From Cycas panzhihuaensis (taxonomy: Eukaryota > Plantae > Cycadophyta), in assembly GCA_023213395.1 (NCBI GenBank), contig CM041465.1:163067741-163131740 (forward strand): a DNA stretch of 64,000 bases, read 5' to 3'. This document shows, in pieces, positions 12,810-25,032 of the stretch. Within the stretch, counting starts at the first letter, position 1. The number at the start of each line of letters is the position of its first letter. Position numbers and translations under genes: made by a program. The notes under the pieces are model-generated. The model ran no database searches. It was not told where the DNA came from and was given only the letters and a program-made list of their open reading frames with translations.

Positions 12810-13371
12810 AACCTTCATTCCTAGCATTAAGTCTTGACCTTGTGTATTTATAGTTTTGTCACTTTAGGCCCTTAATCCTAAAGTGTCATTTGTTGCATTA
12901 TAAAATTGTCTCTTGTCCTATAGTGACTTTCCTCACATGTGCTTGTAAGAAGTCAACGTTAGTGGGCTTTGTCTCTTGTGAGAAGTCAACATTTGTGGGC
13001 TCTAACCTTATCCTTGGAGATAGTAGAGTCCTAATCAGATTAGGCTCCTAGTCTTGATCAGTGACATGTGTTGAGATCCTGATCATCCATTCTCCTTTAT
13101 AAGGAGCCCTATTCTTATGTTTTGGAATGTAGTATTTTGTGTTAGTGTTATGCTGCTGTAAGTATGTCTTGTAGATGAAGTATTGAGAGGAATTCTCCTT
13201 CATGTTTGTATGTGAGATAGGTTGAGTTGAGGTTCAATACTCCTCCCTATCATCTTTCATATTGGTACTACATCATTTTCATTAATCTAAGTCTTTGTCC
13301 TTCACATTACGATGTCCTCATCGACTTCTCAATAGATTCTGGTTCCTATGTTGTCTCCATTGAGTCTTTCA
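12804..13371 (+). repeat. 3' LTR of A
   Basis: Copy of 6892-7459; begins AG rather than TG, ends CA. Confidence 0.95.
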
Positions 13372-14479
13372 TAGCTCCCTAAGTAGGTCAAAATCATAAC
13401 CTAAAAGATGCTTGTATTTCTACCTAATCATGAAATAAGGTTGGTGGGCAAAACACCACCACCAGGTTGGGCCATGAAGGGTAAGGGCCAAGTCCATCAC
13501 CCATCGAGATTTGTCCAATATTCTATGGTCCAACAAGTACTCCATGCATTAGATTAGGCGGATGGTGCTATCTAGTTGTTTGTTTGTAAATGGAGTTACT
13601 ACTATCTCAATAAAGGGCAACCTTATCCTATCTTCAAGTATGGGGGGTCAATCATTGGGGAAGGGTTCTCTCAAGGTATTCCTACATGACATTACCATTT
13701 GGGGCCACAAGCCCACAAAGTTGTCTTTCATAGAACTCTCATTAGGTGGATGCACCTTAAGAGAGGAAGATGAGGAACTATAACTAGCTTCCTTTGGGTA
13801 AGGGTAAGGAGTAAGGGGAAATTCTACAAGTTTTGTCCTTGAAGTAGAAGGTAGGTTTGACTCTGGAGGAAGATTGGCCAAATCTTCCAAACCAAACTAA
13901 TTTGGGTTAAGGCTAGGGAAAGGGTTAAGACTAAAGGTAGCAGTAGGATTAGGGTTTTAGGGAATTTAATTCCATTATCACATACATCGTGTTTCTAGGC
14001 TCCTCTATCAAACAAGCATTCACTAAATGTTCATCCATACCTCGAATGACTACATTGTTTATTAATTCACCTATATTAAACCTATCACTGGAATCAATAT
14101 AATCAAAGTTATTATTATTATTATTAATGTCAAGTGTAGTACATATAGAAAGTAAGTTACAATGAAAGAAACAGGGATCCACCTCATAGGATTCCCTCAT
14201 CTAATAATTGATTAAGTTTTTTGCACCTTCCTCATTACATGAACTCTCTGGTTAAAGCACCCTATAGTAGTTTGGTTCATTCTCGTCGGCGTTGTTCATT
14301 TTATCAGCTTCCTCAACAGTGTAATAGAGATTGGCTTCATCAAATGTCAAAGAGGTTGCTTTAGTTGCAACAGTGGTGTTCGAGGGATCTTCAAGCACAA
14401 CCTCTACTATGTATTTCCCTTTGTTCAACATGGGCAATACCACTTCATTACCCCCATTTGATAAGGTGAATGTGGCATC

Positions 14480-16199
14480 CGTCCAACTTTGTAAACAATC
14501 AATTTGGTTTTCCTAAAAGCATTGGGTAAGTCACCATGCCTTTTACTATTTCAACGATCATAAAATTGACTAGCACTCCAATCCCAACCACATTCACTTT
14601 TATATCTGGGAGTCATCCCACTGGTCTCACCAATAACTCATTTGCTAAATTGAGGGAATATTTGGTGGGTGTTAACTTGGGATTCCCCAATCTTTTCCAT
14701 GTGGTTGTGAGTAAGACGTTCATTGTTGCTCCAACATCTACAAAATGTTGATGGTGACTTAGGGGTCTATATCGCATCATGGCATAATTTTCTTGAGATC
14801 TTCGCTATCTCCCTTAGCTACAATACCCCAATCTTAATCCATTCAATTACTTGTTCCAAGGGAATCATCAATTGTAATTGTTTCTCCAAATTTTCCATTA
14901 CAACCAATATTTTGGGAATAATCTCCGCCGACAATCCTTTGAATAAATCTCTTGCCTTGAGTGCAAGAAGAGATTGATTTACTAATTGTTTACTTTACCT
15001 TTGGGGAATGCCTTATTCTTTTGTTCCAAAAATTTCACCTAGCCCCTTGGCCTTATATTTTCCTTATATTAACTTGCTTAATCTTAGGTTTTGCCATAGG
15101 TAGGGTTTTTGTTGCTTCCTCTTTGGCAGCATCTTCCAACACTTTTTTTGTCGCTGCAAATCTAGCAATCTCTACTTTAGGGTTGGGGTATCCCTCTTCT
15201 ATTTTTGCTTTCCCTTTTCCACTTCTAGTCTGTAGATTAACATTTTTTGGTGAATTAGGGATAATCGTCACTAAGTTTGTCACTTTCCCCTTGCCTTTAC
15301 ACTCCTTTACAAGGTGGATGCTCGGCCCACAATTCTTGCATACAAATGGACACTCTACATGGGCCTTCGCTACTGGGCAATTGATTTCAAATGCACAGGC
15401 TCCAAACACACCAAACTGCATCCCAGTTGTAGCTTCCTTTCGAAGCTTTCTAGTGTTGTTCAAGTAGTATAATTGTTATGGTTGAGTTGTTCCCTCTTCC
15501 GCAACCTCTGCCACGTTGATTTCTTCCCCATCCATTGAAGTAGCATTCCTTTGTATTATGGTTATCCACATCACAAATGTGACACCATGTACTTTGATTT
15601 TTCACTACATTATTTCTCTCATTTAGGTCACATTCCTTCATGGAATGCAAATTCTCATCACAAATGTGACACCACTTCTCCACTTGGGGTTCCTTACCCC
15701 TATATTTCTTATTCTTCTCTTCCTTGGTATCTTGAGCTTTTTGCCTTTGCAATTTTAACCTTGCAACTTCTTTTCCAAGGCCTCCTATGTTTTGATCACT
15801 TGATAATAGGGTTTATTTATGTTTTGGTTTCCGAATTCCTAGACTTCCTCTTGTAATCTTAGTAACAAGGGACCATGGCTTGCCTTTTGGGTGTCTATTT
15901 CTTTCCTAAAGTCTAATGCCAACTCTTATGCGTGCTGGAAGGATTTCAAGGGACGGGTCGCCATTGCAACCCTTAATTTTAAATTAAGCCCATTTACAAA
16001 ATAGTTCATCATGTTATAATCTGTGATCTTTCCTCTATTTGTCATATTTGCAGCTATGATATTTATTCAACTTATATATGTTAATATAGATTCTCTCGAT
16101 CTCTAACTCATTTCCCTAAGAGATAATTCTACTACCTCATTACTTCTAAATTTTTTGAACCTCTCCTCATATTCCTTATCGATATTCTCCCAAGTCTTA
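14480..16199 (-). pseudogene. G1 gag C-terminal half (multiple zinc knuckles) and protease
   Basis: WCHICDENLHSMKEC, WCHICDVDNHNTKEC, VCKNCGPSIHLVKEC; protease-like VDVGATMNVL..MLLGKP. Confidence 0.8.
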
Positions 16200-16204
16200 G
16201 CTAG

Positions 16205-16784
16205 TGTGTGTTCACTACGTGCCACCAATAGAACTCAACGCAAGAAGGGAACACACAGGAGAATAATGATCACATTACCAACCTAGAAGCATAAGCATAA
16301 TACACACAATAGATTGAGGCAAACCTTATTTCATTACCATGAAGTGGATTGTGCTAATCCAAGAAGGGTTGGATGTAGGCCCAAAGTACAACAAATGAAG
16401 AACCCTCAACCCAATACACAATGAGAGATTCAATGGAAGAAAGGAGAGAGCCCAATGCACTCACACATACACACACCCATACATATACATGAATGCTCTT
16501 TTTATAGTCTTTCCTCCTACCCATTTCCCAACCAACTTTCAACTAACTCATTAATGACAATTTGTTAACAATAACAATAATTACATATGTCGTCATAATT
16601 GCAATCATATTTCTGATTATACTTGGGCTACATTCAAAACTCTGGTCGCACTTCTGGTCATACCTAGGCTACGTTTGCAACTCTAGTCACACTTTTGGTC
16701 ATACCTAGGCTGCGATCAAAATTTTGGTCGTACTTCTTATTACACTCTGATTTGCTCTCTTAAGCTTGTTTTTCCTCCACACAC
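16205..16784 (-). repeat. 3' LTR of C
   Basis: TG...CA termini, adjacent PPT, degenerate tandem repeats in U3, TATAAAAA on minus at ~16499-16506. Confidence 0.88.
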
Positions 16785-16964
16785 ATCTCCCCCAACACAA
16801 AACTATCAAGTGTCCTCACTTGAAAATTTTCAAAATTTTCTCCATCTTTCCTTCCCACAAAATTGTGACCTTATTCTCCAAAAAGCCTTACAATATATTT
16901 AGGTAAAACAATGATGCCAAGACATAACCACGATTTGCTAAGACCTCTTCTGATGGTATACTTT

Positions 16965-17676
16965 TTTGTGCAGGAGAAAATGTACATATAATTTTGAATG
17001 AAATAGTAGTTGTAAGCAGGTTGCAGTGTTGCTACAGTCACGACTAGGTTGCAGTTGGAATAGCAACTGCGATCAAATTGCAATTGAAGTCACAATTACA
17101 ACCAGATTGCAGTTAGAGCTGCAGTTGCGACCAGGTTGCAGTTGGAGTAACGATTGCAACCAAATTGTAGTTGGAGTAGCAATTGTGACTAAATTGCAGT
17201 TGGAGCAAAAGTTGAGACCATATCGCAGTTGAGTAGCGATTGCAACTAGATCGCAGTTGAAGTAGCAATTGTGACTAGATCGCAGTTACGACTAGATTGT
17301 AATCCATGTCACAATCGTAACCCAATGCAAGTAAACAAGAACCAACCGTTTTGTTTGTTGTTTTGTATAAATTGTTGAGTCGTTTCATAAGTAACAAACA
17401 GTGGTTAACCCGTTTATTTTTCATGTATAAAGAAAAGTAGGTTTAGAAAATAAGGGACACGAACGAGTGTATGCATGCATAGTTCTTCTGGCTATAGCAG
17501 GCTTGACGGCACAACTGTAATCCTTGTGTATTGTTTAGGCCTACATCTAGTTGCCAGAGGACTAAACAAGTTCCCTATTCCAATGATATCATGTTTTTCA
17601 TCCATTTTAGTGTTACTTGTTCTTGTTTTATCTAGTTATTGTTGTAATCTTTGAGTGAGGTAAAGCAACGCACGCA
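16965..17676 (+). repeat. 5' LTR of G2 with ~33-bp tandem array in U3
   Basis: Homologous to 31631-32309; repeated GCAGTTGGAG..GCAATTG(C/T)GAC units at ~17020-17300. Confidence 0.88.
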
Positions 17677-17747
17677 TTGGTTATGTTGCCTACTTGAATT
17701 CGGGAAGCAAAATGGGCAAGGTTGAGTAAGGAATTGGGACCTCTTCC

Positions 17748-19764
17748 ATGCCACGCAGGGTCAAAGTAGAATTACACGGAGAGCGTTGGGAGAAAGGCAA
17801 GCTCCAAGTAGTATGTAAGCCTAGATTTGTATGTACGCTCGAAAAGCAGGTGAAAAGGCAACCACTTGTTAACTCAACAGAGAGGAAAAAGTCGAGTATA
17901 AAGGGTGAATTAAAGAAAGAAAAGGCAAATGATGAGGCGAGTGGAGAATATGTCAGAGAACAGGCAACACGGATTCAAGGCAACCAAAGGTATGCATTGG
18001 AAGAGGATCCTATCGATAAAGGTATCACAAAAAGTGATAGTTGAGGAAGATTCGGAAGGAAGAGAGGAATTTCAAAGCATCACGGTCGCAGAGGAACCTG
18101 GGGAAGTAACATCACAAGTAAATAAAGATAATTCAATTAAATTGGAATTGGTCCACATTGGCTCGAAGTCAGAACTCCCTTGACCCATATATTGAATCCC
18201 CCTTTTAATCTCCAATGGCAAGTCCAGTAGGGAGTACAAATGGAGGGAATGGTAATTCACCACCAGGAGGGAAACCAGGCAACAGAGGAGGGATTCTGAC
18301 ATCCAACCAATCAGTATTCATCAATACAAGCGATAGTGGTAGTCAATCACTACCAAGAGGAATGGGTCAAAGAAGTGAAATAGGACCCACAAGGCCCTAC
18401 ATTATTATGGAAAATTATTCAGCCTTTTCAAGCTCGCAATTCATTGGATCTACGAATCTAGGAGATTATTTAGCACTATTTAAAAACATGTTGTAGATTA
18501 AAGGAATTGCAAATCTTGATGATATCAAAGCTCAATTTTTTTCCACATTAAGAGGGGCAACAATTGCTTGGTTCCAATATGTGGTGACACAATTTATCTT
18601 AGGACCAATTTTTGCATCACTTCCAAAAATTAAGAGATACAATGGCAATTTTTCAAGCCTTGGAAGAGATAAAACAATACCCTAAAGAATCTGTGAATGA
18701 TTCTGACAAGCGAATGAGAGTAATAATGAATAATATGCAACTAACAACAGCAATTAATCCTATGTTGGCGATGAAATATTTTGTACAAGGATTAATACCG
18801 CAATTGAGAGACAAGGTCATATTGCATTCGATGCATAATTATGAACAAGTACGAGAGCTAGCCTTAAAACTTGAAAATCAAATGAAAACAACATACTCCC
18901 AAATGGCAATGCATCAAGCCCTTCAAATAGGACCAACATTCTCTCAAATTGGGGCAAGAGCACAATCATGGCTGATGAATGGTGTACAAACATCTCAAAT
19001 GGGGACAAACCCAAAAATTAAAGCCTTAAAAAAAGAAGTGGAGGCATTGAAGCAGCAACCATCAGTGTCTATAGCTGCAAACATGCAGCAAAACCAAGAA
19101 GTGGAAAAGCTGCATGCAAAATTGGCTCGATTGAGCTTGCAAAAATCTAGAGATAATATGTGGTGTCCCCCACCTTGCAATTAGCAAGGACATATGAAAA
19201 ATGAACATACTGATTTGACAAGATCATATGAATATTGTCGAAAATATAACAATAGAACGTGGGAATGCTTTTCTTGACTGATAGGTGTAGATGATGAAGT
19301 CCACAATGCATTCTTTTGGAAAATGGAGCAAGGATCGAGAAAGCAATATAAATGTAAAACAAAACCAATTCATTGTTTTTTGTGTCAAAGATGGGGGCAT
19401 TTTAGATCAAATTACCCATTGGAAAAGAAATGTGGTGACTTTATCTACGAAGCATGCAGACCAATAGATCACAAATGGGCTAGTTGTCCAAAGAATACTC
19501 AACTGTAAAATGCCAATCAGGTCACAATCATTCTAGATAAAGAAATGCCAGTATACTTGCAACTTGGAGCAGTAAGACGATTGTAATGTCAGTTTAGGAT
19601 AATTTTCCGAATCCAATGACTGAAAAGCAAAGACTTCAAGAAGTAGTTAAAATCTTACAAGATGCCATGGGTGAAGCACAACAAGAAGATATTCAACAGG
19701 AGCAACAATTCAAAGGGCAAACTTACAAAAGAAAAATAGTTCCTGAAGCACCCTTGTGTAGTAA
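17748..19764 (+). pseudogene. G2 gag (disrupted)
   Basis: TLRGATIAWF, IKQYPKESVNDSDKRM, YFVQGLIPQLR capsid motifs; several CCHC knuckle remnants (HCFLCQRWGHFRSNYP, EACRPIDHKWASCP). Confidence 0.8.
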
Positions 19765-22700
19765 TGTAACGACAAGATTCACTCAGAACCGAAACATCTA
19801 TTGGAAAGGACTCTAAATAAGAATAATACACAACAAGTAATAACAAAATATGATAATAATACAACAATAAATGAATGTGAAAGAGGGATTCCCAAATCAG
19901 AAAAGTAAATGAGGAATGAATGAGCAAAATGCCACCAATTATAGAATAATGAAATCTCAGTTAAGTACAGTATTGGAGCCGAAATAATGCTCCCTCTTCG
20001 AGGCAAGGTAGCCTCTGAATACTATTACCCAAAGGGCCGAAGTACTATCTTAAAGGCCGAAAATCTCTTGCCAAATTAGCACTAGGATGGATGGGAATGA
20101 AGCTCTTGGTTCCTTTATATAGTTAGATTCTGCATCCATATAGAGATTGGCCAAGACAGGGTGAAATACTAGCTTGAATAACCCATGTAAGTAGGCCAGA
20201 ACAATGCTTCTAAGTCATCCACGATTGAGTAATTTGGTTTACTACATGTCCCACCCCTTGAAAACATGTTTTGCCCTCAAAGCATGGGTAAATTAGGATG
20301 TTGTTGCATCCATGCTTCGAACTGCCATGGGGCATCCTCTGTATCTAGAGTCTTCCATTTTATGAGGAACTCATGGATTTTTCTAGAGCGTAGTTCTCTC
20401 ATCCTTGTCGAAGAAAGACCTAATCCCCTACTTCAAAACTCTTCTTCATTCTTTTTGCGCCTGCTTATGGCTTTATCCTATTCCTTGCAGTATTTAGATT
20501 ATCTTTTAATATTTGTACCGTTCGCTCTACCTACTCTTGTTGTTCACGAATTGATTGAACCTGTGATACTCTTGTCCAAGTAAGTATAGATAGGGTTCAT
20601 ATCCATATAATGCCTCGAATGGCATCATTTTAATTAACATATAGTATGCAGTATTGTACCACCATTCTGCTAAATGGAGCCACTTGTGCCATTGGTTTTG
20701 TTTGTCTGAGGAGAAGTTTCACAAGTATCTTTCCAAACAATTGTTTACCGCCTCGGTTTGCCCATCCATTTGTGGGTGATAAGTAGTACTCATATGTCAT
20801 TTGTTCCTGCCAACTTGAACAGGTCCTAACAAAAATGGCTAGCAAATTTTGGGTCTCTATCATTGACCATGATCTTTGGAAACCCGCATAATCGATGTAT
20901 TTCTTTCATGTATACTTCCACAATCTAACTTGCCTTTGTCGTGGTTTGCATCCCCCTAAAGTATGCATATTTCATAAGTTTATCCACTACCACGAAAATA
21001 GCATCCTTTCCTTCTAGTCGTGGTAGGTTGTAATGAAATCCATAACAGTCCCGAGCTTTTCACATATTAGCCTTTATTACATTGACAAGTGTCACAATTA
21101 ATACCCTTTTTAAGATATCTGCTTTCATCCCCTTCCAGCAAATAGAATTCCTTATTTTTTGGTAGGCTTTATCAATTCCTATATGTCCTCCTGTAGGCGC
21201 TAAGTGAGCCTCATCTACTAAAACCTCCTTTACTTTGGACTTTTTTGGGACAAATATCTTTCCTTCCTATAGAATCAAATCTACATGCAGATCAAACTTT
21301 GACGTCTTTTGGGTCCATATATCTATTAACACTTTTTGTGAGAATAGATCACCCTTGTATTCTGTAATCAATTCCAAAATCCAAATAGGGGTTGTTATTG
21401 TTACTACCTTAAGAGATATTTCCCCATTGTTCTCCTCTGGTAGCCTTGATAGGGTGTTTGCTATGGTATTCTCTTCCCCTTTCTTGTATTCGATACTGAA
21501 ATTGAATGTTTGCAGCTTGCTCATCCATTTTTATTGTTCATCTAATAATGTTCTCTGATTCAAGAAGTATTTTAGGTTGTCGTGATCTGTTTGGACTATG
21601 AATTTGTTTCTGAGTAGATATTGCCTCCATTGCTAAATCATGTGCATAATTGCCAACATCTCTTTGTCATAGGTTGGTTTTAACTTTTCTCTGTTGTTCA
21701 ATTCTCTGCTTTCATATGCTATCAGTCGACCCTCTTGTATTAGAATGGCTCCAATCCTGAATATGGAAGCATCGCATTCTAAGATAAATGATTGAGAAAA
21801 GTCCAATATTGCTAGAACTGGTGTCATAACCATCGCCTTTTTGAGGTCTTCGAAGTCTTTCTATGCTAACGGGTTCCATCCAAACACATCCTTCTTCATA
21901 AGATCCGTCAATGATGCTACGATATGGGGGTATCCCTTAATAGACTTCTGAAGGAACCCTACTGCTCCTAAAAAGCTTCTTATCCTCATCACATTCTTTG
22001 GCGTTGGCCAATTGACAATAGCTTGTGTCTTCTTCGGATCTATCTCAATCCCTTCCCCAGTAATGACGTGCCCTAGATATTCCAACTCTTCTTTTGCAAA
22101 GGTGCATTTTCCCATGTTAAGCATTAATTAGTGTTTTTTCAAGATCGTCAAGACCGCCCTGATATGGTCTAGGTGTTTTTGCCACATTTCATTATATATC
22201 AAGATATCATCAAAAAAGACAAGTACAAATTTTCATAATAATGGTTTGAGTATTGCATTCATAGTACTTTGGAATGTAGCCAGATCATTCGTCAATCCGA
22301 ACAACATAACTTTGAACTCAAATAGCCCCTCATGGGTGCAATAAGTTGTTTTGTAAACGTCTTTTTCTTTGACACAGATCTGATAGTACCCAGATCTAAG
22401 ATCGATTTTCATGAAATATCTCGCTTCGTGAGTCTTGCCGAGCAAGTCGTCTATCCTAGGGATGGGATAACAACTCTTTACTGTCAACTTGTTTAATCCT
22501 TAATAGTCTACACACATCCTGTAGGATCCGTCCTTTTTGGGATTCACCACCATTAGTGACGCAAAAGGGTTTGTATTATTCGTTATTTGTCCTTGCGTTA
22601 GGAGTTCCCTTGTGATATTTTCAATCTCCTTTCTCAAGTGATACGAGTGTCTATATGGCTGTATCTTTAGTGTTACTCTTGGTACTAGCTCAATAGCATG

Positions 22701-25027
22701 TTCATGTTCGCATTGGGGAGGGAGCCCTTGAGGTTCCTTGAATACAAAATTATGCTCATTTCAAATTTTTTGTACTTCCAATGGCACATCTTCTACTGCG
22801 ATTTTATAGCATGTTAATATGTACACCAAAGGATTTTTCTTCAATATTTTCTCCATCCAGTGTGAGGATACCAATTGTACCAGTGGTGTAGTAGGTTCTT
22901 AATGCTTGTACTTTTGTCCCTTCTAGTAAAGCACATGAATCACATCATATAGTTTGTAACTATATTCCCCAGCATTTATAACCATTAAATGCTTAAGATT
23001 GCATCCACTCCTCCAATTAGCATCACGAACATGCATTGGTTACTGAATAATCCTTGATTTGTAAATTTACGGACTTGCAATACCCTCCACATGAGATAGT
23101 TTTTTCATTTGCAATGGACACCTGAAATGTATTTAATGTTTGGATTACTAATCCTAATTTCTTCACTATGGCTCCGTTGATAAAATTATGGGTGCCGCCA
23201 CTATCTACTATAATTGCCATTAGGGCTCCTTTAATCATCCCTTGGAACCTAAGGGTTTAAGGAGTGGCTTCCTGCCCTGTAATGGTTTGTAAGGAAATTT
23301 GCACATTTTCGATATCTACTTCCAAAAGTTGGTCTACTTCGGCTTCTTCTTCTAGAGCTTGCTCAATCTCTTCTTCTTTTGGGATTTCCTTGTCTTTGTT
23401 GTTAATCATGAAGACCTTTTTGGTTAGGCACAGGTGTTCTTAGTTCCATTTTCCCTTGCACTTGAAGCATGTCCCCTTTTTAAGATGTTCATCTCTTGAT
23501 GTTTCGTTTGTATCATTCAAATTTCTTATTGCTAATGGTGGGTCTGCCTTTGTGCTTGATTTTATCCAATTTGGGTTTGACCCATGGTGTTGATATGTAT
23601 TTGGCTCATATCTGCGCGTAAATGTTGGTTAGCTCTCCTTGAATTCCGCTTCCATGTTTTTGGCCAACTTAATCACGTGTTGAATATTTATTGAACCCAT
23701 GGACTTGATGTGGAACCTAATTGGTCCCTTTAAGCAATTGATGTAAGTTTCCATAAGACATTCTGCCAGTATTCTCTCTGAAACAAAACATTGAAGTCCC
23801 TAAAATTGCTCTGTGTATTCCTATATTGATCCCATTTGTTGTAGTCATGTTAGTTGGGCAAAGTAGTTTGTGCTCCATGAATCTTCATACTAATTAATCA
23901 AGCCCCCCCTGTGTCGATCTTCTTCCACCAATAAAACCATTGTAGTGCCCTTCCATATAAGTGAAGCATTGCTGTTGAGATCTTATCCTTGTCGTCTAAT
24001 CCATAAACCTCGAAATATGTCTCCATCTATAGTAACCAATTTTTGATGTCCCTCAATCTATCTAGATCAAACTTTTCCAATGAAAGTTTGGTTCCTTTGA
24101 GTCCATGATCCGCCTATGTGTTTTTCAGTCCTCTTCTCTCAAATGTTATCCCTTTGTATTTGTTGGGATTTTTTTGGTTGATGGGTTCATCCTAGGTGTC
24201 ATATTCCCCTAGCTTCTCTATGCCCGACCTGGGTGTCATATTCCCCTAGCTCCTCTATGCCCAATGATTCTTCTTCTTCCATGATTATCTTGGATCTACG
24301 AAACTGAGGAATCTCTCTAAAGGTTTTCATCCACCCTTTTATTTGCTCTACAAGACTTTTTATACTGTTGTTCAATTTGTTTAGCTTCTTGCATGTCCCC
24401 TCGGTCTAATTTGGGGCCTGATTCACCAACTTATTGGTGAGGCCTTTTCCCGACCTAGGTTCCATCTTGAGGGGAAATTTGATTGTTGATTTTTTACCGC
24501 TTCCCTCTAAATTCCCACTTCAAAACGAAGCTCTGATACCACTTGTAACAACAAGATTCGCTTGGAACCGAAATATCTATCGAAAAGGACTTTAAATAAA
24601 AATAGTACACAACAAGTAATAACAAAATATAATAATAGTGCAGCAATAAATGAATGTGAAAGAGGGCTGGCCAAATCAAAAAATAAATGAGGAATGCATG
24701 AGCAAAATGTCACCAATTATAGAGTAATGAAATCTCAATTAATCACAGTATTGGAGTTGAAATAATGCTCCCTCTTCCTAGCTAGGTAGCCTCTGAATAC
24801 TGCTGCCCAAAGGGCCAAAGTACTATTGCCTTAAAGGCCGAAAATCTCTTACCAGATCAGCGCTAAGATGGATGGGAATGAAGCCCCTGGTTCCCTTATA
24901 TAGTTAGATTCTGCCTCCATATAGAGGTCAGCCAAGATAAGGTGAAATATCGGCTTGAATAACCCAAGTAAGTCGGCCAAAACAATGCTTCTAAATTGAC
25001 CAAGATTGAGTAATTTGGCTTACTACA
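19765..25027 (-). mobile_element. Element E: chromovirus Ty3/Gypsy (Reina-like), decayed
   Basis: LTRs 19765-20246 and 24544-25027; perfect TSD AGTAA; PBS TGGTATCAGAGC (24530-24541); PPT at 20247-20259; protease IVDSGGTHNFI, RT KIDLRSGYYQI, RNase H ECDAS, chromodomain IHEFLIKWKTLDTEDAPW. Confidence 0.95.
20270..24465 (-). pseudogene. E gag-pol with C-terminal chromodomain (disrupted, internal deletions in integrase)
   Basis: ORF fragments 23023-23238, 22233-22487, 21861-22124, 21633-21833, 21267-21524; chromodomain at ~20280-20410. Confidence 0.9.
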
Positions 25028-25032
25028 AGTAA

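Larger units (their letters stand above)
6892..13371 (+). mobile_element. Element A: young non-autonomous Ty1/Copia (gag-PR-IN retained, RT/RNase H almost entirely deleted)
   Basis: 568-bp LTRs 6892-7459 and 12804-13371 with about 8 differences; TSD TAACT/TAGCT; Met-type PBS at 7463-7474. Confidence 0.95.

Noticed and set aside
17020-17300. Regularly spaced repeats resembling a CRISPR array (also 31680-31930 and 41217-41660)
   Set aside because: Degenerate tandem units without unique spacers, inside eukaryotic LTR elements, with no cas genes.
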